Of a DNA stretch of 43,565 bases, positions 1 through 9,623 are shown in pieces (the first letter of the stretch is position 1; each line of letters opens with the position of its first letter). The translations under genes were made by a program, and so were the position numbers. Under the pieces are notes generated by a model that saw only the letters and a program-made list of their open reading frames with translations, was not told the DNA's origin and searched no databases. The stretch is from assembly GCA_027000565.1 (NCBI GenBank), contig JALTNS010000339.1:1-43565 (forward strand), written 5' to 3'. The DNA is from Rhizobiaceae bacterium (lineage in GTDB: Bacteria; Pseudomonadota; Alphaproteobacteria; Rhizobiales; Rhizobiaceae).

Positions 1-314
1 CCGCGCCCGTTGGAAGGCAGAAGCAATCCGCCGCAAAAAGCAAAACGCACTCTATTTTCAACCAGCCAAACCGTTTACGCCGGTAAGAATCACCCTCGGC
101 AATGCATTTGGCCCAAGCCCGGTTGGCATTAACGTGCAAGACAAGCAAAATTCGCCAGCCAATGTTCCGATACCAACCAGAAGGCCCACAAATCAGCAAG
201 CGAGAATTGACAATCTGCCGCCGGTTAAAAGTGCCGGTTTGCGCGGGGGCATTCCGCTGCCCAGATTTCGGACGACCCTGGCGTCCCAATGACCCCAACC
301 CGGTAATCCAAACG

Positions 315-1424
315 ATGTCAAACACCGCAGCGCCAATACCTTTAAGCGTCATTACAGGCTTTCTTGGCAGCGGCAAGACCACGTTGCTCAACCAGCTATT
401 GCGCGACCGCTCATTGCAAAACACCGCCATCATCATCAATGAATTTGGCGATGTCGGCATTGATCATCTTCTGGTCGAAACCGCTGATGAAGGCATCATT
501 GAATTGTCGGACGGCTGTTTGTGCTGCACGGTGCGTGGCGATCTGGTTGACACTTTGATCCAGCTGCTGGAACGGGTCGATGTTGACGGACATTCTTCAA
601 TCGAACGCATAATCGTCGAAACCACCGGCCTTGCCGACCCGGTGCCGATTTTGCATGTGATTATGGCCCATCCGTTGCTGGTAGAGCGCATCAGGCTCGA
701 CGGGGTGATTGTGCTGCTCGATGCGGTCAATGGCGACAGCACTCTTGATAATCACCCCGAGGCGGTCAAACAGGTCGCCATGGCTGATCGAATTGTCGTA
801 AGCAAATCGGAACTTCAAGCCGATAAACTTACGGTAGACAAGCTTGTCGCGCGCGCAGGTGAGATTAACCCGGCAGCCCTCATTCTCGACCCTGTGGAAA
901 AGCCTGTTTCGGCGGCCCAATTGCTTGAGTGCGGACTTTATAATCCAAATAGCAAATCTCTGGATGTGAACCGCTGGCTTCGCGACGAGGCGATAAAAAC
1001 AGCCGGGCACGATCACCACCACCACGATGTGAACCGGCATGATGCGTCCATCCGCGCCTTTACGCTTACCCACGACAAACCGATTGACGCATCAGCAATT
1101 CGCTCTTTCCTTGATCTTCTGCAATCGGCCCACGGGCCGCAGCTTTTGCGCATGAAGGGCATAGTCCAGACCAGCGAAAACCCACAACAACCACTGGTCA
1201 TTCATGCAGTTCAGCAATTGTTGCACCCGCTGGCAAACCTGGCCGAATGGCCGGATGATGACCACAGAACCCGACTGGTGATCATCACCAAAAATCTCTC
1301 GAAGGATTTTGTAACCCGGTTGTTTGATGCTTTTATTGGCAGGGTGGCAACCGACACGCCTGATCGGGCAGCGCTTGAACAAAACCCGCTTGCGGTGCCG
1401 GGATTTTCCGGCGAACCTTTATAA
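315..1424 (+). CDS. COG0523/CobW-family G3E P-loop GTPase (putative zinc metallochaperone)
   Basis: Walker A GFLGSGKTTLLN, CxCC metal motif (DGCLCCTV) and a His-rich stretch HDHHHHDVNRHD ahead of a CobW_C-like C-terminal part. The track ORF opens at 102, but the conserved domain begins right after the ATG at 315 (MSNTAAPIPLSVITGF). Confidence 0.85.
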   Translation: MSNTAAPIPLSVITGFLGSGKTTLLNQLLRDRSLQNTAIIINEFGDVGIDHLLVETADEGIIELSDGCLCCTVRGDLVDTLIQLLERVDVDGHSSIERIIVETTGLADPVPILHVIMAHPLLVERIRLDGVIVLLDAVNGDSTLDNHPEAVKQVAMADRIVVSKSELQADKLTVDKLVARAGEINPAALILDPVEKPVSAAQLLECGLYNPNSKSLDVNRWLRDEAIKTAGHDHHHHDVNRHDASIRAFTLTHDKPIDASAIRSFLDLLQSAHGPQLLRMKGIVQTSENPQQPLVIHAVQQLLHPLANLAEWPDDDHRTRLVIITKNLSKDFVTRLFDAFIGRVATDTPDRAALEQNPLAVPGFSGEPL

Positions 1425-1606
1425 CCGCCTTGCAGCCTCTCAAAATTAGCTTGATTCCCGGTAATTTGACCCCAAATTACAGGATAGCTTTGCTCCGCAT
1501 TTCAGTCTAACCTGCTGTGAGAAACAAAAATAGTGATGCGAATGCGAATGGGGCGTTCGTAAAACGCTAAGAATATATAAAAATTAATCATCTATGGGAG
1601 AACACG

Positions 1607-3307
1607 ATGGCAAAATCAAAGGCAAAAAAATCTAAAATTTCACGACCGTGGCTTAAATCTTATCCTGAAAATGTGCCACACGAAATCTCTGATTTGAAAC
1701 ACCTTTCCGTTGCCGGCCTGATCGAAGAGGCTTGCGAAAAATATGCCGATCGTGATGCATTCTCATGCATGGGCAAAAGCCTGACCTATCGCGAAATTCA
1801 GGAATATTCCAATTATGTTGGTGCCTGGTTACAATCCAAAGGGCTGGCCAAGGGCGACCGGGTCGCCATTATGATGCCGAATATTCTGCAATATCCAATT
1901 GTTCTGGCGGCGATTCTGCGCGCCGGCCTGGTGGTTGTAAACGTCAATCCGCTCTATACTCCGCGCGAACTGGAACACCAGTTGAAGGATAGTGGTGCCA
2001 AGGCAATTTTTGTACTGGAAAATTTTGCCACCACCGTCGAACAGGTTTTGGGCAAGGTGCCGACCGAGCATGTGGTTGTGACAAAGATGGGCGATATGCT
2101 GGGCGGCCTAAAAGGCACGATCGTTAATCTGGTGGTAAAACACGTCAAAAAACTCGTGCCCGCATGGTCGATCCCCGGAAGCACCAGTTTCAAGGATGTG
2201 CTCGCCATCGGCAAATCCAGTGGCTTCGAACCGGTGGAATCATTTCACAATGATTATGCATTTTTGCAATATACCGGCGGTACAACCGGCGTTTCCAAGG
2301 GCGCTGCACTGACCAATTCCAATGTGCTTTCCAATGCGGCGCAGATTAACCTGTGGCTGCAATCGCTGAATGACGGCAAGGGTCCAGGCGACAATCTTAC
2401 ATATATTTGCGCGTTGCCGCTTTATCATATTTTTGCGCTGACAGTGAATGCCATCATGGGCATGAACCAGGGTGCCACGAATGTGCTCATTCCCAACCCG
2501 CGGGATATTCCCGGATTTGTCAAGGAGCTTGGGAATTGGAAATTTCATGTATTCCCCGGTCTCAATACGCTTTTCACGGCCTTGATGAACAATGATGACT
2601 TCAAGAAACTTGATTTCAGCAATCTGGTTTTGACGCTGGGTGGTGGAATGGCCGTGCAGCAGCCGGTGGCTGAACGCTGGAAGAAAATAACCGGAAGCAA
2701 TATATCGGAAGGTTATGGCCTTTCGGAAACCTCACCGGTGGCAACAACCAACCGCTTTGATGTGGACAAATTTTCAGGCACCATCGGTTATCCGATGCCA
2801 TCAACAGACATCGTTATTCGTGATGACGACGGCAATGATGTGCCATTGGGTGATGTTGGCGAAATTTGCATTCGCGGACCGCAGGTGATGGCCGGATACT
2901 GGAACAGACCGAAAGAAACCGCCAATGTGATGAGCGATGACGGTTTTTTCAAATCCGGTGATATGGGCTTCATGAATGAAGCGGGCGAAATAAAAATAGT
3001 CGACCGCAAGAAAGACATGATTCTTGTTTCGGGTTTCAACGTCTATCCAAACGAAATCGAGGAGGTTGCGGTTGCCCATGACGGCATTCTCGAAGCGGCG
3101 GCTGTTGGCGTACCGGACGAAAAATCCGGTGAGATCGTCAAGCTCTTCGTTGTCAAAAGCGACAAAAACCTGACCGAAAAAGATGTACGGGATTGGTGTG
3201 CAAAAAACCTCACCAATTATAAACGCCCGCGTTATATCGAATTCAGGGATGAGCTGCCAAAAACCAATGTGGGTAAAATCCTGCGTAGGAAATTGCGTGA
3301 TGAGTAA
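1607..3307 (+). CDS. fadD: Long-chain fatty acid-CoA ligase (AMP-binding enzyme)
   Basis: 566 aa. AMP-binding signature YTGGTTGVSKGA, GYGLSET, and C-terminal PKTNVGKILRR. GGGAGA RBS lies 5 nt upstream of the ATG. Confidence 0.9.
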   Translation: MAKSKAKKSKISRPWLKSYPENVPHEISDLKHLSVAGLIEEACEKYADRDAFSCMGKSLTYREIQEYSNYVGAWLQSKGLAKGDRVAIMMPNILQYPIVLAAILRAGLVVVNVNPLYTPRELEHQLKDSGAKAIFVLENFATTVEQVLGKVPTEHVVVTKMGDMLGGLKGTIVNLVVKHVKKLVPAWSIPGSTSFKDVLAIGKSSGFEPVESFHNDYAFLQYTGGTTGVSKGAALTNSNVLSNAAQINLWLQSLNDGKGPGDNLTYICALPLYHIFALTVNAIMGMNQGATNVLIPNPRDIPGFVKELGNWKFHVFPGLNTLFTALMNNDDFKKLDFSNLVLTLGGGMAVQQPVAERWKKITGSNISEGYGLSETSPVATTNRFDVDKFSGTIGYPMPSTDIVIRDDDGNDVPLGDVGEICIRGPQVMAGYWNRPKETANVMSDDGFFKSGDMGFMNEAGEIKIVDRKKDMILVSGFNVYPNEIEEVAVAHDGILEAAAVGVPDEKSGEIVKLFVVKSDKNLTEKDVRDWCAKNLTNYKRPRYIEFRDELPKTNVGKILRRKLRDE

Positions 3308-3351
3308 ACCTGTTTCATCTCCCGATACGGCATCACTCAAGGAATGCCCGC

Positions 3352-3891
3352 TTGAGTGATGCAGCTGCAGTGCTGAAATTCTGGCGCGATGCCGGACCAA
3401 AGGCATGGTTCAGCAAGGATGATGCCTTTGATCAGATAATTGCGGATAAATTCGGGGCGCTGCACAGGAGAGCTGCCGCAAATGAACTGAAGGAATGGGA
3501 AAACCAGCCCGACAGCGCATTGGCGCTGGTTCTTGTGCTCGACCAGTTTTCAAGAAATCTGTTTCGTGATGATCCAAAAACCTTTGCGCAGGATGCTCTC
3601 GCTTTGGATATTGCCCGCTCTGCACTAGAGAACGGCTTTGACAGCAAGGTCGATCCATTAATTTCATATTTTTTCTATATGCCATTCATGCATTCAGAAT
3701 CGCTTGCCGATCAAAACCATTGTGTTCATTTGTTTCACGCAGCAGGCCTTGCCGACAGTTTGAGCCATGCGATCGTTCATCGCGATATTATTGCCCGGTT
3801 TGGAAGATTCCCCCATCGCAACAATGTCTTGTCCCGTTCAACGTCCGCAGCTGAACAGAAATTTCTCGAGGCTGGCGGGTTTTCCGGCTGA
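3352..3891 (+). CDS. DUF924 family protein
   Basis: LVLVLDQFSRNLFR and RFGRFPHRN segments typical of DUF924 (YbaA-like) proteins. TTG start as given by the ORF track. Confidence 0.7.
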   Translation: MSDAAAVLKFWRDAGPKAWFSKDDAFDQIIADKFGALHRRAAANELKEWENQPDSALALVLVLDQFSRNLFRDDPKTFAQDALALDIARSALENGFDSKVDPLISYFFYMPFMHSESLADQNHCVHLFHAAGLADSLSHAIVHRDIIARFGRFPHRNNVLSRSTSAAEQKFLEAGGFSG

Positions 3892-4013
3892 CATGGTAAA
3901 TCAAATCTTCTGCTGACCCGGAAAATTCGGTTAAAAACGTTATACTTCAACGACCTACGTCACCCGCACAGAAATATTCTCTCCGTCTTACCTCACGGAA
4001 TATTAAACCCTCT

Positions 4014-5498
4014 GTGCCTATAATGGACCAACAGAAGCTTAAACTCCGTTGCGGGGAAAAACCGGTGTCATTGTCGATTGTCAACAGGGTAGAGAATTTA
4101 CTGCCTCGCGGCATCCGCGAACGGTTTGCGCCCCGGCTTGAACCGTTGTTTGAACAGGCCGAAGCCATTGTTGAGGGGAAAGATGACCGTGCCGTATCGC
4201 AACGCACATCATTGTTTGCGTTTGCAATTCGTATCCTCAGTGCGCTGATTGCCTTTATTTCACAAGTTCTGCTGGCCCGCTGGATGGGCAGTTACGAATA
4301 TGGAATTTTCGTTTTCGTCTGGGTTGCCGTCGTTATTCTTGGTGGCCTGTCCTGCCTTGGTTTCCAAAGTGCTGTTGTCCGGCTAATCCCCGAATATCAA
4401 TCCACCGGCAATATGGCCTCCCTGCGCGGTCTGGTGATGGCCAGTCGCGCATGGTCAACTGGCGCTGCAAGCCTTATTGCCGGTTTGGGCATTGGTGGTG
4501 TCTATCTGTTTGAGGCATCGTTGCAGAGTTATTACGTTCTGCCATTTTATCTGGCAGCCATTTGCCTGCCAATGTTGGCTTTGTCTGAAGTGCAGGCGGG
4601 CATCGCACGGGCTTTCAACTGGCCATCTATATCTCTCGTTCCAACCTATCTTGCACGGCCGGTGCTGATATTGTTTTTCATGGCTTCGGCGGTTCTTGTC
4701 GGCTTCAAAGCCAGCGCATCCACCGCAATCACCGTGACCATTATCGCCACCTGGCTGACCTCCATCGGACAGATGTTGTTTCTCAACAAAAACCTCAGGT
4801 CAAAATTGCCTGCAGGTAACAGGGAAACCCATTCGATGGCGTGGATTACCATCGCCATACCAATCTTTCTGGCCGAAGGCTTTTTTAATCTTCTGACCAA
4901 TGTCGATATTCTGGTGGTTGGCAAATTTATGCCGCCGGAAAAAACCGCCGTATATTTCGCCACGGTTAAAACCCTGGCGCTGGTACATTTTGTCTATTTT
5001 GCCGTAAAGGCCGGGGCAGCCCACCGGTTTTCGCAATACAGGTCTTCTGGCGATCAAAAGCTCTACGAGAGTTTCATCAAGGACAGCATACGCTGGACAT
5101 TCTGGCCTTCTGTAGCCATGTGCCTGATGTTGCTGATTACCGGTAAATTCCTGCTGATGCTGTTTGGCTCAGCTTTCACCGAAGGGTATCCATTGCTGTT
5201 CATTCTGGTGATCGGACTGGTTGCCCGTGCTTCCGTCGGTCCGGCTGAGAGTGTGTTGACCATGTCGGGAGAGCAAAAAATATGCGCGGTGGTTTATGCC
5301 ATCACCCTGCTGATCAACGTCGCGCTCAACTTTACGCTGATCCCGGTTTATGGTCTGGCCGGAGCAGCAACAGCCACTACCATTGCCCTGTTGTTTGAAT
5401 CGGCAGCACTCTATGCCACCACCCTTCGCCGCCTCAACATTCACATGTTCATTCTGCCGCTCAAAACATCCAACCTCAACCAACATGAGGCCGGATAA
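4014..5498 (+). CDS. Polysaccharide/oligosaccharide flippase (MOP superfamily, Wzx-like)
   Basis: 494 aa and hydrophobic throughout, with about 12-14 helices, as in Polysacc_synt-type flippases. Its stop overlaps the next ATG by 1 nt (TAATG). GTG at 4014 or ATG at 4023 could be the start. Confidence 0.65.
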   Translation: MPIMDQQKLKLRCGEKPVSLSIVNRVENLLPRGIRERFAPRLEPLFEQAEAIVEGKDDRAVSQRTSLFAFAIRILSALIAFISQVLLARWMGSYEYGIFVFVWVAVVILGGLSCLGFQSAVVRLIPEYQSTGNMASLRGLVMASRAWSTGAASLIAGLGIGGVYLFEASLQSYYVLPFYLAAICLPMLALSEVQAGIARAFNWPSISLVPTYLARPVLILFFMASAVLVGFKASASTAITVTIIATWLTSIGQMLFLNKNLRSKLPAGNRETHSMAWITIAIPIFLAEGFFNLLTNVDILVVGKFMPPEKTAVYFATVKTLALVHFVYFAVKAGAAHRFSQYRSSGDQKLYESFIKDSIRWTFWPSVAMCLMLLITGKFLLMLFGSAFTEGYPLLFILVIGLVARASVGPAESVLTMSGEQKICAVVYAITLLINVALNFTLIPVYGLAGAATATTIALLFESAALYATTLRRLNIHMFILPLKTSNLNQHEAG

Positions 5499-6784
5499 TG
5501 AGTTTTATTGAAAACCTGCTGATGCGTTCCGGACAAGGCCGCTCGTCCTATGCGCCGTTCTGGCCCGAGGACAGTTCTGCCAGGCCCTTAAAACCCATCA
5601 AGATTTCCACATCAATGCTGGCCAGCACTCGCTGGGACTTATGTCTGATAGCATTGAGGGATTTTGGGGAAATTGCCAAAGATGTATCGACACTTTCGCA
5701 AAACTCGCTGGAAACCAACATTTTTTTTGAACCGGAATTCCTTGCAGCCGGAATACACCGGGTGGATGATAATGGCGTCATGCTGTTATGTCTTTGGGAG
5801 GGGGTGACCCCCGACCGTCAACTTCGCTGTTTTATGCCGGTGGTCGTTAAAAAATCAGGACTGCCAAGACATCGCTACCTGTCCGTGTTCACCCATGATT
5901 TTGCCCCTCTCGGCACCCCGTTGTTACATCGTAACAATTCCGCTGAAACCGCCGAACACCTGCTGCGCATGCTTGGCGATCCGGACCTTGATTTCCCGCA
6001 GGTTTTGGCCCTTGATCAACAAAGGCTTGAGGGTGAAACCATTGCTGTATTTTTACAAGCTGCCGACAGGCTTGGCCTTGAACACAAATTCGCACTTGGT
6101 CGCAAACGCGCCGAGCTGAAATGGAGCTGTCCAGAAAAATTTAACCCGGATCAATATCTGAAAAAGTCACTCGGCAAGAAGCGCCTGAAGGAATATGCAA
6201 GACTGCTGCGGCGGTTGGGTGAACAAGGGAAGGTCAGCTTCAACATAGCCCGCACACCAATAAAAACTCTTGATGCAATTGAAGATTTTCTGACACTGGA
6301 AGCACGGGGGTGGAAGGGGCGCGGCGGCACAGCGCTTTATTCCCTTAAACAAATCGCCGCTTTTTCACGGCAGGCAATATCGGCTCTGGCTGAGGTCGGG
6401 CACTGCGAAATTCATACCCTGAAACTGGATAACAGGGTCATTGCCGGTCTTGTCGCCTTTCAAACCAAAGGTGAATTTTTCACCTGGAAAATTGCCTTCG
6501 ACGAAGATTTCGCTGCCTATTCTCCCGGCGTACAAATCATGTTGAACGCCTCGCAAGAATGGCTTGGACATGCAAAATTTCAAAAGGCGGACTCGCTTGC
6601 CATCCCCAACCACAAGATGATTGACCACCTGTGGCGCGAACGGCAGGAAATCGGCACCCTGGTGCTGGAAATTGGCAGGCCACAGACCGGATATATTGCC
6701 CGGGTTGCTGCCGCATTTGAACGCCAGCACCGGGCAAAAGAGTGGCTAAAGTCGCAACTGGCCCGCACCATCGGCTATCGTTGA
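5498..6784 (+). CDS. CelD/BcsL-like GNAT (FemAB-type) acetyltransferase family protein
   Basis: 428 aa. The C-terminal half (LEARGWKGRGGTAL ... LDNRVIAGLVAF ... AYSPGVQ) resembles Acetyltransf_6/CelD-like proteins. Translationally coupled to the flippase gene. Confidence 0.55.
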   Translation: MSFIENLLMRSGQGRSSYAPFWPEDSSARPLKPIKISTSMLASTRWDLCLIALRDFGEIAKDVSTLSQNSLETNIFFEPEFLAAGIHRVDDNGVMLLCLWEGVTPDRQLRCFMPVVVKKSGLPRHRYLSVFTHDFAPLGTPLLHRNNSAETAEHLLRMLGDPDLDFPQVLALDQQRLEGETIAVFLQAADRLGLEHKFALGRKRAELKWSCPEKFNPDQYLKKSLGKKRLKEYARLLRRLGEQGKVSFNIARTPIKTLDAIEDFLTLEARGWKGRGGTALYSLKQIAAFSRQAISALAEVGHCEIHTLKLDNRVIAGLVAFQTKGEFFTWKIAFDEDFAAYSPGVQIMLNASQEWLGHAKFQKADSLAIPNHKMIDHLWRERQEIGTLVLEIGRPQTGYIARVAAAFERQHRAKEWLKSQLARTIGYR

Positions 6785-6821
6785 ATACTACCCGGTAAGC
6801 ACTCAAGATTCAGATACAGGA

Positions 6822-9413
6822 TTAATCCCCATCTGGTGCAGCGTTATTTCCCGCTTCGGCTGCCTGTGCACCATCCTTGATATTTTTCTGATTTTCAGAC
6901 CTGCGCTTCGTAGCTGACTTTCTGGCTGGTTTATTCGGCTGCAACGGCTGATTACCGGTAATATTTTCAACACCCTTGATATGCACATCCTGTTGCGGAA
7001 AGGGAATGGAAATTCCTTCTTTGTTCAGTGCTGCAAACAAAGCGTAACGCAATTCACTTCGAACACTCATGCCATTGCCGACATCGGCCAGATAACAGCG
7101 CAATTCAAAATCGAGCGAGCTTGCGCCAAATTCCATAAAGTAAACAACAGGTGCAGGGGTATCGAGAATTCCGCCGTGTGAGTTGGCGCATTCAAGCATG
7201 ATTTCACGCACCCGCTCCGGGTCTGAATCATACCCGACACCAATTGCCAGTTTTATCCGCCCCATGGAACTTTTGTGGTTCCAGTTGACCACCGATTCCG
7301 TAATCAGGGTTGAATTGGGTAATACCACGGTTGAGCGGTCAAAGGTTTCGATCTCGGTTGAACGAACACTGATCTTGCGCACCGTGCCTTCACCACCGGA
7401 TGTTACCACCCAGTCACCGGCCTTGATCGGCCGCTCAACCAGCAAAATCAGCCCGGATACAAAATTGCTGACCACACTTTGCAGCCCGAAGCCAATGCCG
7501 ACAGAAAGCGCACCGGCAACAAAGGCGAGACTGGTGAGATCGAACCCGGCATAGGAAACCGTTACCGCAGCTGCAATTGTAAGGCCGACATAACCAAACA
7601 CCGTGGAAATAGAGTTTTGAATGCCCGCATCCAGTCTGGTTGTTGGTAAAAAGCGCACCGACAGCCATCTGCGTATTGAGCGGGTAATCACGACACCGAT
7701 TAAAAATACGACGATCGCTGAAAGGATAACCGCAAAAGATATTGTAATATCTCCAACCTGAAATCCGAAAAATGCCGCTGATATCCAGTCCGCCCAGTCA
7801 CGCGCTCTAAATCCCCATGGAACCAGCAAACCGACAATGGTAATCAGGATTACCGACATTCTCAGAAGTCCGATTATCACCACACCGATTTGCTCGGTAA
7901 ACCGGTGTTTCCAGCCAAGATAATTGCTGATTTTCTGATTGATGTGGTGGTTGGTTTGAAAGCACCCGACAAGATTATCGTCAATGACTTTCAACACCAG
8001 CCAAAGCAATGCCAGGATTGATGACGAAATAATAATCTGATTTGCTGTAAAATCAGCCAGCGCAATATATCCGGTCAGAAGCGACAGGATTATAATGATA
8101 ATTCCAACGGCAATTGCAGCTTTTACAACGCTCCAGTTCAGCAGAATGCTCATACCGCCACCCAATGGGTGGATGTCGTATTCTCGCTGATCCAGGTTGA
8201 TCAGCCGTAGTGCCAGGCCGGCCAACCCGGCGATCAAAAGTGCAAAAACCGCACTGATCACAATGCCAAATTCATAAGATGCGACCATCGCCCGGGCTGC
8301 ACTGTAAATCAGCAATGACAATACCGATACAATGATTGCTGCTGAAATCACCAGCATGACTTTCCGTGCCGCCAAGTCTGAAAGTTCAGCAACCCGCAAT
8401 GTCGGGTTTGTTGGCTGCAAGAAAGAATGGGCAATGGTTCTGACAACCAGAGCAAATGCGATGGCAAATATTGCACCGTTTAGAAATACAGAATGGTTTG
8501 GGGAAAACAGGTCAAATCCATTGCCAATGGCTAACAGACCCAGCAAAAAGACTGCCGGAATTACCCCGTAACTGACAATATAAAGCAGAGCGTTTATGGC
8601 CCTTAAGGATCGCTCGGTTTCGATCCTTCTGATTCCGGTCCACAGTTTCATCACTGCCCGCCAGACAAGTACCAGCACAATAATCAACACGGCAATCGTG
8701 CTGAATATGGCCAGGACGCCGTAACTGTTGGCTTGCAGGTTGTTGGAAATGGCCGTGACTATGTTAACCGCCAGAATGCCAAGGCCCTTACCATAAAAAC
8801 TGACATCTTTTTGAAACGGGCCCCACAATTTTGGATCAAACAGCGAATAACTTTTAGATGTGACCGATTTCACAAACCTTGCACGCCGCGCCTCAACAAT
8901 CCGGTTCCGGATTTGCCGGGCCTTGACGATGACCAGTTGAGCTGCCTTCAACTTACCGTCAGCCTCGGCAATGGTTTTTGCCAAGTTCTTACGTTTTTCA
9001 GCGATTTCAGGGCTTTCTGCCGGCTGATCCTTGGCAGGTGCCGGACCCAATTGGGCAAACCGTTCACGCAACAGCTTCAAATCCGGTTCGATTTCGACCG
9101 GCAGTTTGGCCGCATCATTCTGAATTTTAAGCGCATCCGCATGCAGCTGCTCAAAATCCTGATCTCTGATCCCTTCACGATCAAGCGCTTTTTCCATACG
9201 TTCAAGATCAATATTCCATCCGACAATGTCGTCGGGTGATACTTTTTTAGACGCGCCTGGAAGTCCTGCTTCCGGCACTGTACTGGATATCGATGGTGTG
9301 GACCCGGAATCGATAAGAGTTTGCGCATAGGCAATTTTCTGGTCCCCAAAAACTACCGTCATGAAGGCTGAAATCACCCATACCGTAATAATTGCGAAAA
9401 TTTTGCGCGTCAT
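6822..9413 (-). CDS. Large mechanosensitive channel, MscK/KefA-like (MscS family)
   Basis: 863 aa. Signal peptide, charged coiled-coil-like periplasmic region, about 11 TM helices, and MscS core GFGLQSVVSNFVSGLILLVERPIKAGDWV followed by a beta domain. Lys/Ala-rich C-terminal tail. Confidence 0.85.
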   Translation of the reverse strand: MTRKIFAIITVWVISAFMTVVFGDQKIAYAQTLIDSGSTPSISSTVPEAGLPGASKKVSPDDIVGWNIDLERMEKALDREGIRDQDFEQLHADALKIQNDAAKLPVEIEPDLKLLRERFAQLGPAPAKDQPAESPEIAEKRKNLAKTIAEADGKLKAAQLVIVKARQIRNRIVEARRARFVKSVTSKSYSLFDPKLWGPFQKDVSFYGKGLGILAVNIVTAISNNLQANSYGVLAIFSTIAVLIIVLVLVWRAVMKLWTGIRRIETERSLRAINALLYIVSYGVIPAVFLLGLLAIGNGFDLFSPNHSVFLNGAIFAIAFALVVRTIAHSFLQPTNPTLRVAELSDLAARKVMLVISAAIIVSVLSLLIYSAARAMVASYEFGIVISAVFALLIAGLAGLALRLINLDQREYDIHPLGGGMSILLNWSVVKAAIAVGIIIIILSLLTGYIALADFTANQIIISSSILALLWLVLKVIDDNLVGCFQTNHHINQKISNYLGWKHRFTEQIGVVIIGLLRMSVILITIVGLLVPWGFRARDWADWISAAFFGFQVGDITISFAVILSAIVVFLIGVVITRSIRRWLSVRFLPTTRLDAGIQNSISTVFGYVGLTIAAAVTVSYAGFDLTSLAFVAGALSVGIGFGLQSVVSNFVSGLILLVERPIKAGDWVVTSGGEGTVRKISVRSTEIETFDRSTVVLPNSTLITESVVNWNHKSSMGRIKLAIGVGYDSDPERVREIMLECANSHGGILDTPAPVVYFMEFGASSLDFELRCYLADVGNGMSVRSELRYALFAALNKEGISIPFPQQDVHIKGVENITGNQPLQPNKPARKSATKRRSENQKNIKDGAQAAEAGNNAAPDGD

Positions 9414-9623
9414 TAAAGGTCACCATAACTGGGCCGCAACATAACGGCCGGTTTAAGCTCTATTCGTTTCAGATGTTTCGGTACGACAGTTTGCATTGGC
9501 AGGCAAGCTTTGGTCATGCCGCAGATTTGATTTCGCATACAGGGTTAGGAGCTTGTTAGGGCCAAGGACGTAAATTTGAATCTGATAAATCAAAAACCAG
9601 AACCAAAAAGTGAAAGTCTGCAA

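Noticed and set aside
1-60. Possible start of a minus-strand gene running off the left edge (GTG ... VRFAFCGGLLLPSNGR, signal/lipobox-like).
   Set aside because: Only about 16 codons are visible, which is too short to support a call.
102-314. 71-codon in-frame N-terminal extension of the COG0523 GTPase ORF (MHLAQARLALTCK...).
   Set aside because: The extension is Arg/Cys/Pro-rich and unlike any G3E N-terminus. The conserved domain starts immediately after the ATG at 315. It is most likely an open upstream frame by chance. I also looked here for a Zur-box-like palindrome and saw none.
1533-1550. Mini tandem GCGAATG-GCGAATG upstream of fadD.
   Set aside because: There are only two 7-bp units in a promoter region, with no further copies or dyad symmetry. 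This is insufficient to call a regulatory site (for example a FadR box).
2801-3406. 201-aa minus-strand ORF antisense to fadD. Similar long antisense ORFs occur at 10428-10970 (manC), 24201-24971 (galD/ligI), 26118-26813 (ligB), 30905-31531 (hutH), 38484-39080 (cyclase) and 41511-42137 (alkA-like).
   Set aside because: Each lies entirely opposite a gene with strong family motifs. Their products are low-complexity and rich in Arg, Pro, Gly or Cys, as is typical of shadow frames in moderately GC-rich coding DNA.
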